This document shows positions 1 to 11,617 of a DNA stretch of 64,000 bases, piece by piece. The stretch lies in assembly GCA_951406725.2 (NCBI GenBank), contig OX597817.1, forward strand, positions 28,520,001 to 28,584,000. Direction: 5' to 3'. Every line of letters starts with the position of its first letter. The stretch's first letter is position 1. The notes under the pieces are model-generated. The model was not told the DNA's origin, ran no database searches, and saw only the letters and a program-made list of their open reading frames with translations. The DNA comes from Octopus vulgaris (taxonomy: Eukaryota). The position numbers and the translations under genes are program-made.

Positions 1-474
1 AATTCTTCAATTTTTCACATTTTAATAGGAACAATGAAAAATAAAAAGACTTCCATGGTGCAATGATCCAATTAGTTGCAAATTAGCAGATTTTGTTTAA
101 CATTAAAATGAAACTTACTAAGAGGAAAATTGCAGAAAGGTTATCTGAGAATTTTACTAAATTAAAATTGCTATCACAAAATCTATTCTATAACATGAAT
201 TAAAACCCACAAGTAGCAACTTATAATAAACTGTAGTACTCAAACATAATACCCATCATGAATGTGTGAATAAATTTAGTTTATAGACAAGCGATTTATT
301 TCATTAGAAGGTTCTGGTATGTTAAATTTATCTCAAGAACTTTAAATCCTTATTCTGAAGAATAAGAATTTAAGACAAATTATTTATTTCCACTTTGTTT
401 TTTAAGCGTGATATGATGAGTATTTCTTCTTCACTACATCTACAAGTGTACATTGCTGTCCATTTAGTTAATGA

Positions 475-989
475 CTAGCAGCATAGCCCGGCATTGCCCG
501 GGTATGTAAGAGCCCCTGGAGCAGACATGATGCTCGCTGTGAATTTCAAAAAAATTCCTGCCAATTTGTGAAAGATATTGTTGAAAATATGTCATCTTGA
601 ATTTGAACGCGATTTCCCAAAATGGCATGATTTTATAGATTTTTTCTGATAGTAAGGTATTGCATGGAAAACTAACGTCAGAATTAAGTTTCTTAGGGTA
701 ACATTAAGCTTCACCATGAGTTTGGTGAAAATTGATTGCAAGTTGCGAAAACTACAACAGAAAATGTGTTGCAAATAAAAAGCTTAGATTCTCGACCCCA
801 TGTCGAATTTATCGATATTTTTCAGAACTGGGGGAACTTTTCAAACTTTTTGCTGTGTTAGTTTTGAATTATGACATTGGGCTATGTGTGTGTCAAGTTT
901 CATCAGAATCGGTTGAAAGCCGTGGTCAGGGTGAGGGTACAACCTGACAGACACACAGACAGACAAACTGCCGTTTATATAGAGAGAGA
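475..989 (-). mobile_element. Non-autonomous Helitron (copy 1)
   Basis: On the minus strand it starts A|TC (complement of GA 988-989, T990) and ends CTAG|T (475-478, A474). A GC-rich hairpin CCCGG-cattgc-CCGGG lies at 487-502, near the 3' end. About 200 bp (790-989) are nearly identical to 58951-59158. Confidence 0.8.
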
Positions 990-1031
990 TTTCATTACTA
1001 CTTTGATAAGTGCAATGAAGTTGCAAACTTC

Positions 1032-1075
1032 ATTTCATTGAGAGTGGTCTGGTATGGCTGAAACATGTCTGAAAT
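1032..1075 (+). ncRNA. Decayed minimal (Penelope-type) type I hammerhead ribozyme motif
   Basis: Stem I ATTTCA(1032-1037)/TGAAAT(1070-1075); core TTGAGAG(T); stem II GGTC/GGCT with G.U pairs; GAAAC-ATGTC with a palindromic ACATGT in place of stem III. Confidence 0.5.
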
Positions 1076-1455
1076 TACCTCTTGTATTATTTTGAGCATT
1101 ACAGCAAGTACAAGTCAATGACCAGCATTGTTTTTTCTCACTGCATAATTTATTCTAGTCAGCTTTTTAACACATTAACTCCACATGTACCATCAGCAGT
1201 TCATCACAAACTTGACACAACTGTCATATGCACCACTGGTGTCACATTTTCATAATTTGAGAAAATATTTCATTCTATACATTTAATATTGTTTTGAGGC
1301 TATCTACATAATGTGAGTGCTAAATATTAAAGTTAAGCCAAACAGTTATATTTCAAAGTAATTAAACAGTATGCAGTGTGACTGGAAATATGTGGCATCA
1401 CTAGTAAGTTCCAGTAGCAGTCTGTGGCAGTTAATGTGTCCAATGTCAGCCTTAA

Positions 1456-1677
1456 CCCTTTAGTGTTTGCATTATTCTGCCAAGATTAATGCCTTTTTTA
1501 TCCACATTGTTTTGAACTAATCATGCATTATCTTGTAACTATGAGATTTCAATGAGGTAGCTGTTAATTTTTAAAACGATATTGTAGGGTTGGTGTGAGA
1601 GACCAGATCTGGCCAGTTTAAACATAAAACAGGCAGAATACTTTTGGCCAGATATGGCTGGTTCAAATGCTAAAGGG
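1456..1677. mobile_element. piggyBac-type MITE, family 1
   Basis: TTAA at 1452-1455 and 1678-1681; termini CCCTTTAG...CTAAAGGG. A related copy lies in opposite orientation at 27119-27322. Confidence 0.85.
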
Positions 1678-3339
1678 TTAAATATGTTATCACTAACTTT
1701 AACTATTGTTCCTTTTTTTTTTTGACCATTTAGATAGTATCTAAATGTAGTTTATATTTTGAATATTTTTCCCTTTTCTGTACCTTTTTTTTTTGTTTTT
1801 GAATAATAGTTATGTATTTGCTTTGGTCTATTCTTCTTTTATTTATTATTCTCATTGGATTTATTATGGGTATTCATCAGCAGCATGGCACAGGTGGGGT
1901 TAGTTTTTTTAAAGTTTTTGTGGTTGGATGTGCCCTCTGTTGCCAAAGCTTTTAATTATGTCCCACGAAATGCAGGGATGCAGAGTGCCTATTCTGAAAC
2001 TGCAATACACATGACATTAATTTAGGTTTTCGTTTTAGCACATTCTGGATATCTTTAACATAGATCTATAGTACAGTTCCTTTTTATAAATATATCTGCA
2101 TCACACTGGATTTTAGTAGACACTTGGAAACATTGGTTGTTAGATGTTCCTTTAGTATGTGATTATAAAAAAAAACATTTAAAAAATGTATTAACATCAT
2201 TATTGTTGCTTGTTCTTTTACTATAAAAGTTTTACTTGATATCAAAAAGTATCTTTTAACACATTAAAAGGATTAGAAAAAGAGTTTAAAATATTTATGC
2301 TATTAACTTAATTTTCAATCACTTCTTAATGTCCCAGGAGAGTTAATAGCTTTGTCCAAACTGTAATAATATAGATTTTTTAAAATGAAAAAAAATGAAT
2401 ATAGAATAATTCAAATAATGAAACAGAGTAGTAGTAGTAGTAGCAGCAATGGCAGCGGCAGCACTAGTGTTAATAACATTTTGAAATGAAGAAACTATTA
2501 AGAATTGAGTGTGAATTTAAATAATTCTAGTGTCAGCTTTTATTTGATCTAATTTATTTTTGCCTGACATTTTTTATACTGGTTCTTTGTCATATATCAT
2601 AGGGGAGTTTTATTCCTTATCTCATAAAAGAATATTTAATTCTCTTCATTAAGTCAACAAAGTGAATTTTTTAAAATTTGTTTTTAAAGACAGCCTGTAC
2701 TTAGCCAACTTTATGGTCCCATTACTGTTTAGCTTGATCAAATATTTAAATTCCAAATTTGTAAATCTCTTCAGCTTTTTTTCTGTTGTTTCAGAAATTA
2801 GATAAACTCTCTTCTCTCTGTCTTCTCATTTTTGTTGTCACCTTTCCTACCCCTCTTGCTATCTCACAAAAATATAAAGATCTATTTTTCATTCAGTGAT
2901 TTATTTGATTTTATAACAAATAGAATGTGAATATTTAAACTTTATTTTATTGTAAAAAGCATATCCTGATTCATTCAAAGTGTAGTATGTTGTTTGCATT
3001 CATAAATGTAAAGTATCGGTTTCTAATGGCAATGTAATGTGTAACTGAAATAATTTTTTATAGTACCGGTTGTTGAATGCAGAAGTCAATATAAGATTTA
3101 GATTGTAGAAAAAGTATATCATCACAGTCATTCTTGCTATATTGTACATGCATTCTTTGAATAATTTAGAAATTATTGTTACAATCATAGTAACAGGATA
3201 AAGGTACAGTTTCTTGTAATGGAAAGAAAAAATCTAAAGGAAAATGTTTATTGGTAGATGCCCATTATTAGAAATATTTTAACAAAGGATGTATTTTGTA
3301 TAACTGGAAGAGATATCCATATATTGTGAATAACAAATT

Positions 3340-4020
3340 TACTCTTAGATAAGTGATATGTGCCTTGTATCCTAACTCTTGTTTTGTTTATATTACCAGT
3401 TCAGGAAGTGAAAATTTGAGATCAGTTTCACTTTGAGTTTGAATTGTTTATGTAGTGATAGCAAATTAAATCCTTATTTACCCCAAACTTCATACCAATA
3501 ACCTAATTTTTACTGTTTAGCTCAGAGAATCTAGGTCTTTTACAGTTTCCATATATAATTTGAAGTCACCAGTGATATATTTACACTCTGGTTTTGACAA
3601 ACTTATAGGCAAACCTAGATTTTCTCAGTATGCTTGCCACAAGAATTAAATCTGATGAAAAGTAATAGAGAGAATGAGTCTCCTGGGACTTTTAGCCTGA
3701 GGAATTTCACATTTTCTGATGGTTCATTTCTGCATATTAGTTCCACTTCCCATGATTTCATTGCTTTTTCTAAAAAAACCTGTTAATTTTCTCATTGGCC
3801 CCAAAATGTCCTCAGGCACTCCAAAAGCCAATAACATGGAATATTATTGTAGGCTTTCTTGTCTATCCAGCTAACAGCAAAGTTCTTATCTGTACTTCCC
3901 TTAGTATCATGCTATTAATATACAACAGATTAGTAGTTCCTCTTACATTCTTTCTATATCCAGTTTTGGTCTTCTGGTAATAGATTCTTCCTTTGCAGGA
4001 ATTCATCTGCTGTGAGCCCA
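3340..4020 (-). mobile_element. Decayed R4/Dong-clade non-LTR retrotransposon, RT fragment
   Basis: Manual minus-strand translation across frameshifts gives NLLPEDQ, NFAVSWIDKKAYNNIPCYWLLECL, PGDSFSLLLF, DFKLYMETVKDLDSLS*TVKI and IGMKFGVNK. These match R4/Dong RT motifs (LLPEEQKG, AWIDYKKAYDxVPHSWIxECL, QGDSLSPLLF, DDLKLY...LDSLxQTVRIFSxDIGMxFG). Confidence 0.8.
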
Positions 4021-4077
4021 ATTAATAATTTCCAGCTTATTATAATTACTTTTAATAATATCAATAGTAATAAAGAT

Positions 4078-4145
4078 GACAACAACAACAACAACAATAA
4101 TAATAATGATAATAATAATAATAATAATAATGATAATAATAATAC
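4078..4145. repeat. (AAC)n/(AAT)n microsatellite
   Basis: Direct reading; source of the poly-N, poly-I and poly-L ORFs. Confidence 0.95.
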
Positions 4146-4149
4146 TATG

Positions 4150-4855
4150 AAGGTAGTAAGCAAACAGAATTGTTTGAGAGTTGGCCAAAATGATTAGCAA
4201 CATTTTTTTCAGAGTTCAAATCCTACTGAGGTCAACTTTGTTTTTCAACCCTTTGGAGTTGATAAAATAAATATTAGTTGAACATGGTGTGTGTGTGTAG
4301 TGGGGTTGTTAGCCTTGTGCCAAAATTAGAATTTTTATAATTGTTGTTGTCGTCGTCCTCCTCCTCCTCCTCCTTTATTATTATTATTATTGAGGTGGTG
4401 ACCTGGCAGAATCATTAGGATGCCGGACAAAATGCTTAGCAGTATTTCGTCTGCCGTTACATTCTGAGTTCAAATTCCGCCAAGGTCGACTTGGCCTTTC
4501 ATTCTTTCGGGGTCGATAAATTAAGTACCAGTTACACACTGGGATCAATATAATCAATTTAACCCGTCTGTCTCTCCTTGTTTGTCTCCTCTGTGTTTAG
4601 CCCCTTGTGGGTAGTAAAGAAATATGTATTTCACCTGTCCTTACATTCAAATTCCACTGATGTCAACTTTGGTTTACATTTTTTTTGCGGTGGGGGCGAT
4701 AAAATAACCACTAGTTGAACACTGGGGTTGATGTAATTGACTCATCCCCTTTCCCCAAAATTGCTGCCCTTGTGGCAAAATATAAAACTATTATTATTAT
4801 AATTATTATTATAATTATTATTATAATTATTATTATTATTATTATTATTATTATT
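4150..4855 (+). mobile_element. Tandem cluster of three SINE family B copies (about 4150-4335, 4392-4625, 4626-4790) with (ATT)n spacers and tail
   Basis: Repeated head TGGCAGAA...GAGTTCAAATTCC (A/B-box-like) and central motif GTCGACTTGGCCTTTCATTCTTTCGGGGTCGATAAATTAAGTACCAG; ends in (ATT)n at 4790-4855. Confidence 0.85.
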
Positions 4856-4872
4856 TGTAAATCTATCAATAT

Positions 4873-4947
4873 TCTTTTTTTTTTCTCTCTGCAGGTAAAT
4901 ATTCTTTCTTATATTTCATCAAATTTGACTTCTACAGTGACGTGAGT
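4873..4947 (+). other. Candidate 47-nt exon (4895-4941) that begins with a donor-like GTAAAT; possible recursive-splicing exon
   Basis: Long T/C tract, then GCAG|GTAAAT at 4894/4895; downstream donor GAC|GTGAGT at 4941/4942; no AG for more than 150 nt upstream. Confidence 0.5.
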
Positions 4948-6186
4948 ATTTTTCATTTTGCTTAAATGAATAGTTATGTTTTGTATTTTTAGGAAGAAAT
5001 TATAACTTGCAAAATTCACATTAAATTTATACTTCTCTCATGCTAGTTTCCAATCTAAGACTTGAATTTGCATTTAGATAATGATTATATAAGTTTCTGC
5101 ACAGGCTTCATCTGTGTAGCACATGACTGCTATGTAACACTATGAATATCTTAAAACAATTTGTTTCACTTTGACCAACTCAATTTTGTGTTTGTTTCTG
5201 CAACTTAATTTAATTTTGAAAATTCTTAATCCTTAAGGTTAAATACCCCTATTTTTCTGTCAGTGTTGTGTTTTAGAGTTAAATTTATTTCCCTTAGCTT
5301 ACAGAATAAATAGCAGGATTTATAGTTTTAAACAAGTAAATTATCTGTTGTCACTGAAATTTCACTATTTCAGTGATTTTTTTTTAAAGCAAAATAGAAT
5401 ATGTAACGTCATTTGTAGTATTTACAATGTGAACTTGCCTGATTAATTATAAGTTTTCATAAACCTATCAATGATACAAGATACTCAACATATTCTTGTA
5501 AAACATAAGGACTAAGTATAGCAATGGCACCAATACTAATTTTCTAAGAATATTATTTTGGTGCATAACTTTTCCAATACTTACAGGATTGTTTGCTACT
5601 TCTGATGAAAGTTTGGTAGAGAAATTTCTGCTTCTAGTGCATATTTTATGCTAGAAAAGTATTTCACTCTGGAATTAAAGCATAAATGAATACAGAGTTA
5701 CTAAAAGATTAAATGAAAACTTTGATTTCACAGTGAATGCATACATTATAGAAATACATAGATATTCTTACCCTTAAAATGTTCAGCTAAATGGCAAAAT
5801 ATTTTCATACTACAACTTATGTGAGGAATATAATTCTGTTAAACTAGTCTCTCTGAAGCAACAGTGTTGATATCATCCATGAACATTTTTTAGAGATTAA
5901 CAATGGGTTCTAATAGTATGAAGGTTAAAGCCACATTAACCTACTAAAATTGTTGGTTTTCCAGAGAGAATAGCAGTTGTGAAATACCTCAATTACCATC
6001 CTCATTGCTCTAGAACTTGCAGTTTTCCACATTCCAATATACCACCCATGGCTTTTAAAGTGCTCCTATTAATTACAAGTGATTTTGGTGGAAAACTATT
6101 AAAACTTATTGTAGTATATCAAGAAGATTAAATAATGACCAAGATTTAGTTTTGTTCTTGCTGCATTTCACATAAACTGGACTGTA

Positions 6187-6425
6187 CAAGGGGTTGCTGA
6201 GAAGTTCCTGGATTTAAGGGTCAAGTAAAAGGCCTGGTTGGCGGCCCAACCTTCTGAGTTCTTTTATTTATTGAAATGGTTCTTCAGTTTTCCTAAGGAA
6301 AACTGAAGGACCACTGCTATAAGTGTGTGAATCTAAGAGGAAAATAGGTTGAATCAAATCATAATTAAGTGATACTCCTCTACTTTATTTTACTCAAAGC
6401 CCGGAAGTTTTCAGTACTATGATGT
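6187..6425 (+). mobile_element. Mariner-derived MITE
   Basis: TA (6185-6186) followed by TIR CAAGGGGTTGCTGAGAAGTTCCTGG; decayed right TIR CCGGAAGTTTTCAG; internal remnant LKDHCYKCVNLRGK*VE resembles the mariner transposase C-terminus (LxxRWxKCxxxxGxYVE). Confidence 0.7.
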
Positions 6426-7094
6426 TTTTTCTAGAGTTCCTGTTTCATTGTTGGATATTAAAATGACAGAATATTAAGTTTCATGATAACTAGACAAATG
6501 TATTTTTAGTAGTAAATGTATCTTAATAATGGCAGAGTTGGTTTTCCTGAGATTGTTATGTAACTAAGTATCGTGTGTTTGAGGCCAAAAAGGGAAATAG
6601 GTTGAATCAAATCATAATTAAGTGATCCTCCTGTACTTTATTTTACTCAAAGCCCGGAAGTTTTCAGCACTATGATGTTTTTTCTAGAGTTCCTGTTTCA
6701 TTGTTGGATATTAAAATGACAGGATATTAAGTTTCATGATAACTAGACAAATGTTTTTTTAGTAGTAAATGTATCTTAATAATGGCAGAGTTGGTTTTCC
6801 TGAGATTGTTATGTAACTAAGTATCGTGTGTTTGAGGCCAAAAAGGGAAATAGGTTGAATCAAATCATAATTAAGTGATCCTCCTGTACTTTATTTTACT
6901 CAAAGTCCGGAAGTTTTCAGCACTATGATGTTTTTTCTAGAGTTCCTGTTTCTTTGTTGGATATTAAAATGACAGAATATTAAGTTTCATGATAACTAGA
7001 CAAATGTTTTTAGTAGTAAATGTATGTTAATAATGGCAGAGTTGGTTTTCCTGAGATTGTTATGTAACTATGTATTGTGTGTTTGAGGCCAAAA
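6341..7094. repeat. Tandem triplication of a 253-bp unit
   Basis: Anchor GAATCAAATC recurs at 6351, 6604 and 6857 (period 253); units are near-identical. Confidence 0.95.
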
Positions 7095-7115
7095 GAGTTG
7101 AAGAGATAAGATGAC

Positions 7116-7213
7116 AAGTGGCATATTGTGATTTCAAATCAAGGACAATAAGTGTATGATGTTAAAGGTTTTTTTTTTTATTGTCCTTGATTTGAAATCA
7201 CAATGTGCCACTT
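7116..7213. repeat. Long inverted repeat (36-bp arms, 26-nt loop)
   Basis: AAGTGGCATATTGTGATTTCAAATCAAGGACAATAA (7116-7151) versus 7178-7213; one difference, which is a U.G pair in + strand RNA. Confidence 0.95.
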
Positions 7214-8347
7214 AATTGCGTCTCTAGCCTTGAGATACATTTAAGTGTATGTGAGAGTTTATGTAGTCTTCACCTAACATACTCTAAAACTACCTCAGTG
7301 GCCAATATTCGCTGCATTTCAATTTCCTCCTAAACAGACAGGTAACTAAGTAAATGGTCTATTTTATTTATAACTTAAAATCCTACATAACCAGTCTCTT
7401 AGGCCAAAGTCAGAACTGGCCATAGTTCATTGAATCTCTGTGTTGCTCTAAAAATTTAGTTGACTGTCTCCTCATTTCCTTTGATGAGTAGCCATGCTCA
7501 AATAGCTTCTAAGGTGTTGAACTGCCTTATTATTGAAAATTGTATGGTATAACAGAGTCTCTATAAAAATGCTTTGTTTCTTCATATATACTTTAGTTAC
7601 ATAAATATTAATGCTAACTGCATACCTCATAAAAATAAATATGAAGATTGGTGGAGTTGCAAGCAAAATACTTTATACATAAAGAAAAGAAAACGACCCA
7701 CCACATCTTGTATATAACTAAGTACCAATCTTTTAAGATTTAAGTTGTGACAAGTCTGTTTCCATATGTACTCAAATGGACTATAAAGAAGCATAGTTTT
7801 ATAGAAGTTTCTTTTCCGTGTTCTTATCAGACATCTTAAAAATTGACATGACAACATTTATTTCAACTAACAATGGAAATATTTCTGAATGTTTTTAATG
7901 AAAATTGCATTCCTTGTAATCTCACTCATGCTGAAATTAGTTGATGTTAAATACATAAGATAACAATGTCTATGAAGGGATAATATTGATGATGATGATG
8001 ATGGTTAAAGACAATGTCAGTAATAGCATCAATAACAACAAAACAAACTATTACTTATCTAACACTTGTCTCCTTTCCATAAGTCATATAACTTCTTATT
8101 TTGTACATTTGTATTCATCTTTACTGCATCTGTCTTTTCTCTCCTTTTCAATATATTTAAGGGCTGGAATAGAAAGGTTTGAAGAATCTTAGCAAAAGAT
8201 TATTTCTATTAAAAGGATTTATATCTAGTAGTTTTGACATGTAGTTACCCTGTTTCATCGTTAAGTGGTTGTTGACAGAAAGTAGACAACTTAATGTTTC
8301 TTTATTCCTATAACATTTCTGTATTTCAATTGTTTCTTTTCTTCTTT

Positions 8348-8349
<2 letters not shown>

Positions 8350-8433
<84 letters not shown>

Positions 8434-8435
8434 TA
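8350..8435. repeat. Compound (CT)n(AT)n(AC)n microsatellite
   Basis: Direct reading. Confidence 0.95.
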
Positions 8436-9199
8436 CAGACATACATATGTTTATGTATGTGTAACTTCTTTTTAAGAAATGGAATCATTTTTTTTCTTTT
8501 TCTTCTCTATATCTATTAATTTATTTCTATGAAACTACATAACTTCACTATTTGATCGCTTGGCAAAGCCAATATTTGGTGAATTTTTAGAATGCTTTTC
8601 CATAATGTATTTCTTTTCCTCTCAACTTCTTGGTGTGTGAATAGAAACAACTTTGCTATTTTTTCTTCTTTCTTCTTCTTCTTCTTCTAAAAAAACAAGT
8701 ACATGGCCTGAATTAAATTTCATTGTTTAAAGACAGCATCTGTAACACTGAAATGGGAATTGCTTCATGTTATTGTTGTAAAAGAGCTTCAACAATATTT
8801 TATCTAATAAATTTATATCTGTAGCATGTAAAAATGAGAACATAATATTAGAATTTTAATCTTTATACTTTTAACTTATGTAAATAGAATTTGAAAAAAA
8901 ATAGTATTGAACACAGGCTTAATCAATGAATAATTATTGTTCTGGTTTCCTTAGTCATTTCCAAAATGATAATTTTCAGAGACACTTTCCTTATTTGTCT
9001 TATTCTTCTTACTTTCAATTTTATAGAATAATGATTTTATTCAAATCATTGACCTCTCTTTGCTAACAATATAATATTTATTCATTTGTATATCTAGCCT
9101 GAATAATATTAAAATGAAAAATAGCAGACTGCCCAGGAATGCTTATTTGGATTAGGATACAATCTATACTAAAACTTGTGACATATTGGTGGAATATTC

Positions 9200-9937
9200 T
9201 TTGGCTATTTTAAGGGATACTTTATCATATAAATTGTATGGTCACTATATACATAATGCACTACATAGTAGTGAAACATGGACATTGAATGTAAGGATTT
9301 GAGGAGGCAGGAAAGAAATTGTGATACTTTGATTACATATAACAGGGATCAGAGTAAAGTGAACAGAAGACGGTGTTCATACAGATGTGTAATGTGATAT
9401 GTACTGACAGTAGAAAGTATTCATGAAAGATTAGTGAAAAATGGGAAAGTGTAGTGAGATTAAATCTTTGAATACATAAAATATATACCACAGTATTTGA
9501 AAGAAGTGATGATATTACATAGGCGCATGAGTGGCTGTGTGGTAAGTTGCTTGCTTACCTACCACATGTTTCAGGATTCAGTCCCACTGTGTGACACCTT
9601 GGGCAAGTGTCTCATACTATAGCCTTGGGCTGACCAAATCCTTGTGAGTGGATTTGGTAGATGGAAACTGAAAGAAGCCCATTGTGTGTGTGTGTCTGTG
9701 TCCCCCCACCCCATCAGTTGACAATCAATGCTGATGTGTTTACATATCTGTAATCTAGTGGTTTGCGAAAGAGACTGCTAGTATAAGTACTAGGCTTACA
9801 AAGAAAATGTCCAACAGTTGATTTGTTTGACCAAAGGTGATGCTCCAGCACGGCTGAAACAAATAATGAGTAATATCATCTGAAGATCCAGCCAACCTAT
9901 ATTAGCATAGAAAACTGTGTTAAAATCATGATGATCA
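9200..9937 (+). mobile_element. Decayed RTE LINE 3' fragment interrupted by a SINE-A copy
   Basis: LHSSETWTL (compare RTE LLYGSETW) near 9260-9290. After the SINE, the sequence resumes with an RTE-type end CCAACCTATATTAGCATAGAAAA...ATGATGAT. Confidence 0.5.
9521..9872 (+). mobile_element. SINE family A
   Basis: Head GGCGCATGAGTGGCTGTGTGGTAAG...GATTCAGTCCC, internal (TG)n, tail GGTGATGCTCCAGCA...GAAACAA. Confidence 0.9.
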
Positions 9938-11473
9938 GGAGGAAAATGTACTTATTTTGTAAATTTGGTCCCTCTCTAATAGATGATGTTACATATTACA
10001 TACCTTGTACTTGATAAGTGAAAGAATTAAATATTTCTTACAATAGACAAGGGGTAAATTTAACATGCAAAAGGGTACTTTATTTAGACATTCAAAGAAA
10101 TAATATTCAAAACTTCTCTGCCATAAATTTTTAGCATTCAAATAAACATAAGCATGTATTGAATTAGAATACATCCAAAGAGCATAATATCCTTTGTAGT
10201 TACTTGTCCTGCTAAAAGTAAGTGCTAAATGTACCCAAAACACATCCTGTTTTAGTAGAAGATAAACACTTGAGACGTGTTATATTTCAAACAGCAGAAC
10301 AATAGTCACTTGACTTGCAAATATTGTTTTGAATACTCTGACTAATAACTTAAAAAGCCTTTTTATTTATAATTTACGCTGTATTAGAGTAAGGAGGTAT
10401 TTTTACTTGATAGATTTAGGAAGACAGAAAAGAAAAATTAATTTGGACTGTCTTTGTATGTAATCATTTGGAAATAATTTTATGTAATTTTCTTTGAAAC
10501 ATTTTTCCAGTTTATTTTCTTTTGAAACAACTATAACTAGTTTTATAGTCAATATATAGATGCTACAGTAGTGCTTACATATAATTCAGAATATTAATGT
10601 TGCACCTCAGTATTACTTTCCATATATTTTTATCGCCTGTTTTCAGCCTTTTGTACATTCATTTGAGCATTAACTGGGACCATTAACAATCCAACTTCAA
10701 AATGATTAACATTAGAAAAAGTGTGATCCAGTATTTCATGCATCTTAAGTAATTTTCATTCTTCGGCTACCTTCTGTTTAGAAGAATAGTTGGTTTTTTT
10801 GTGTGTGTGTGTGTGAGAGTGAGGTGAGAAGTGCAAGTAATTATTCATCTTCCAATTTTAAACATAGGGTGATAGTTCAAATAAAGCTAAAGTTTATTAT
10901 TTCCTAATATATTTATGGTAAGGTTACCCGCCATCATCTTATTTGTTTCCTCATTGTAATTCTTAGAATGAAAGTTCAAATTGAATTGAAGTCAAGTGTT
11001 TTGTATTGTTTCTTTTTTGTCATCTGTAAATGAATGTTTTGATATCTTGTACATGACATCAGTACAACTTAATACACAGCATTCATATTATTCATGAATT
11101 TAAAGTTCAAAGCTTTGTATAGACCACAAAATGGGGAAAAACAGTGTTTTTCCCTCCTTTAAAACAGAAAATTCAACAAGCATACTGGATAGAGTGCAAT
11201 CAGAAAGTTAAGAAGATATCTGTGAAGGATGCAAAAATACTACACAGAAAAGTGAAACCCCATTCTGAATAAAGAAGTAAAAATACAAAGCTTTCTGGCT
11301 GTTGCTCATAGATGGTACTTGGGTGCTTAACAGAATAATTCTATTGCACAGCAGATGCTGGCTTGTTCTTAAATGTTTCGGTGAACAACATTTAATGCTT
11401 TTGACACCAAACTGCTCAAGACTTCCCATGGATCTATGATACAAAATTCCTATTTTGAAGTAAATTAAATTAA

Positions 11474-11617
11474 CACCTTCCATAAAAATTTGATATGAAT
11501 CTATGATCCAAATTAGAGTTTAATAATGATAAAGTTATTTTACTAAATTCTTCATTATTACCAAAATTAATTAAAACAAAGGCTGTGTATTTTAACAGGA
11601 ATTCTGTGATGAAAGTG
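11474..11617. mobile_element. Decayed piggyBac-type MITE related to family 2
   Basis: TTAA flanks (11470-11473, 11618-11621); internal AAGTTATTTTACTAAATTCTT is the reverse complement of the 21747/49587 element core. Confidence 0.55.

Noticed and set aside
732-947. ORF pair 732..947 and 58866..59168 sharing FSELGELFK...GQGEGT, suggesting a duplicated small gene
   Set aside because: The shared peptide is only the translated Helitron 5' region; starts and upstream sequence differ.
6341-7094. CRISPR-like or regularly spaced array
   Set aside because: Whole 253-bp units are duplicated with no unique spacers; the context is eukaryotic and has no cas genes.
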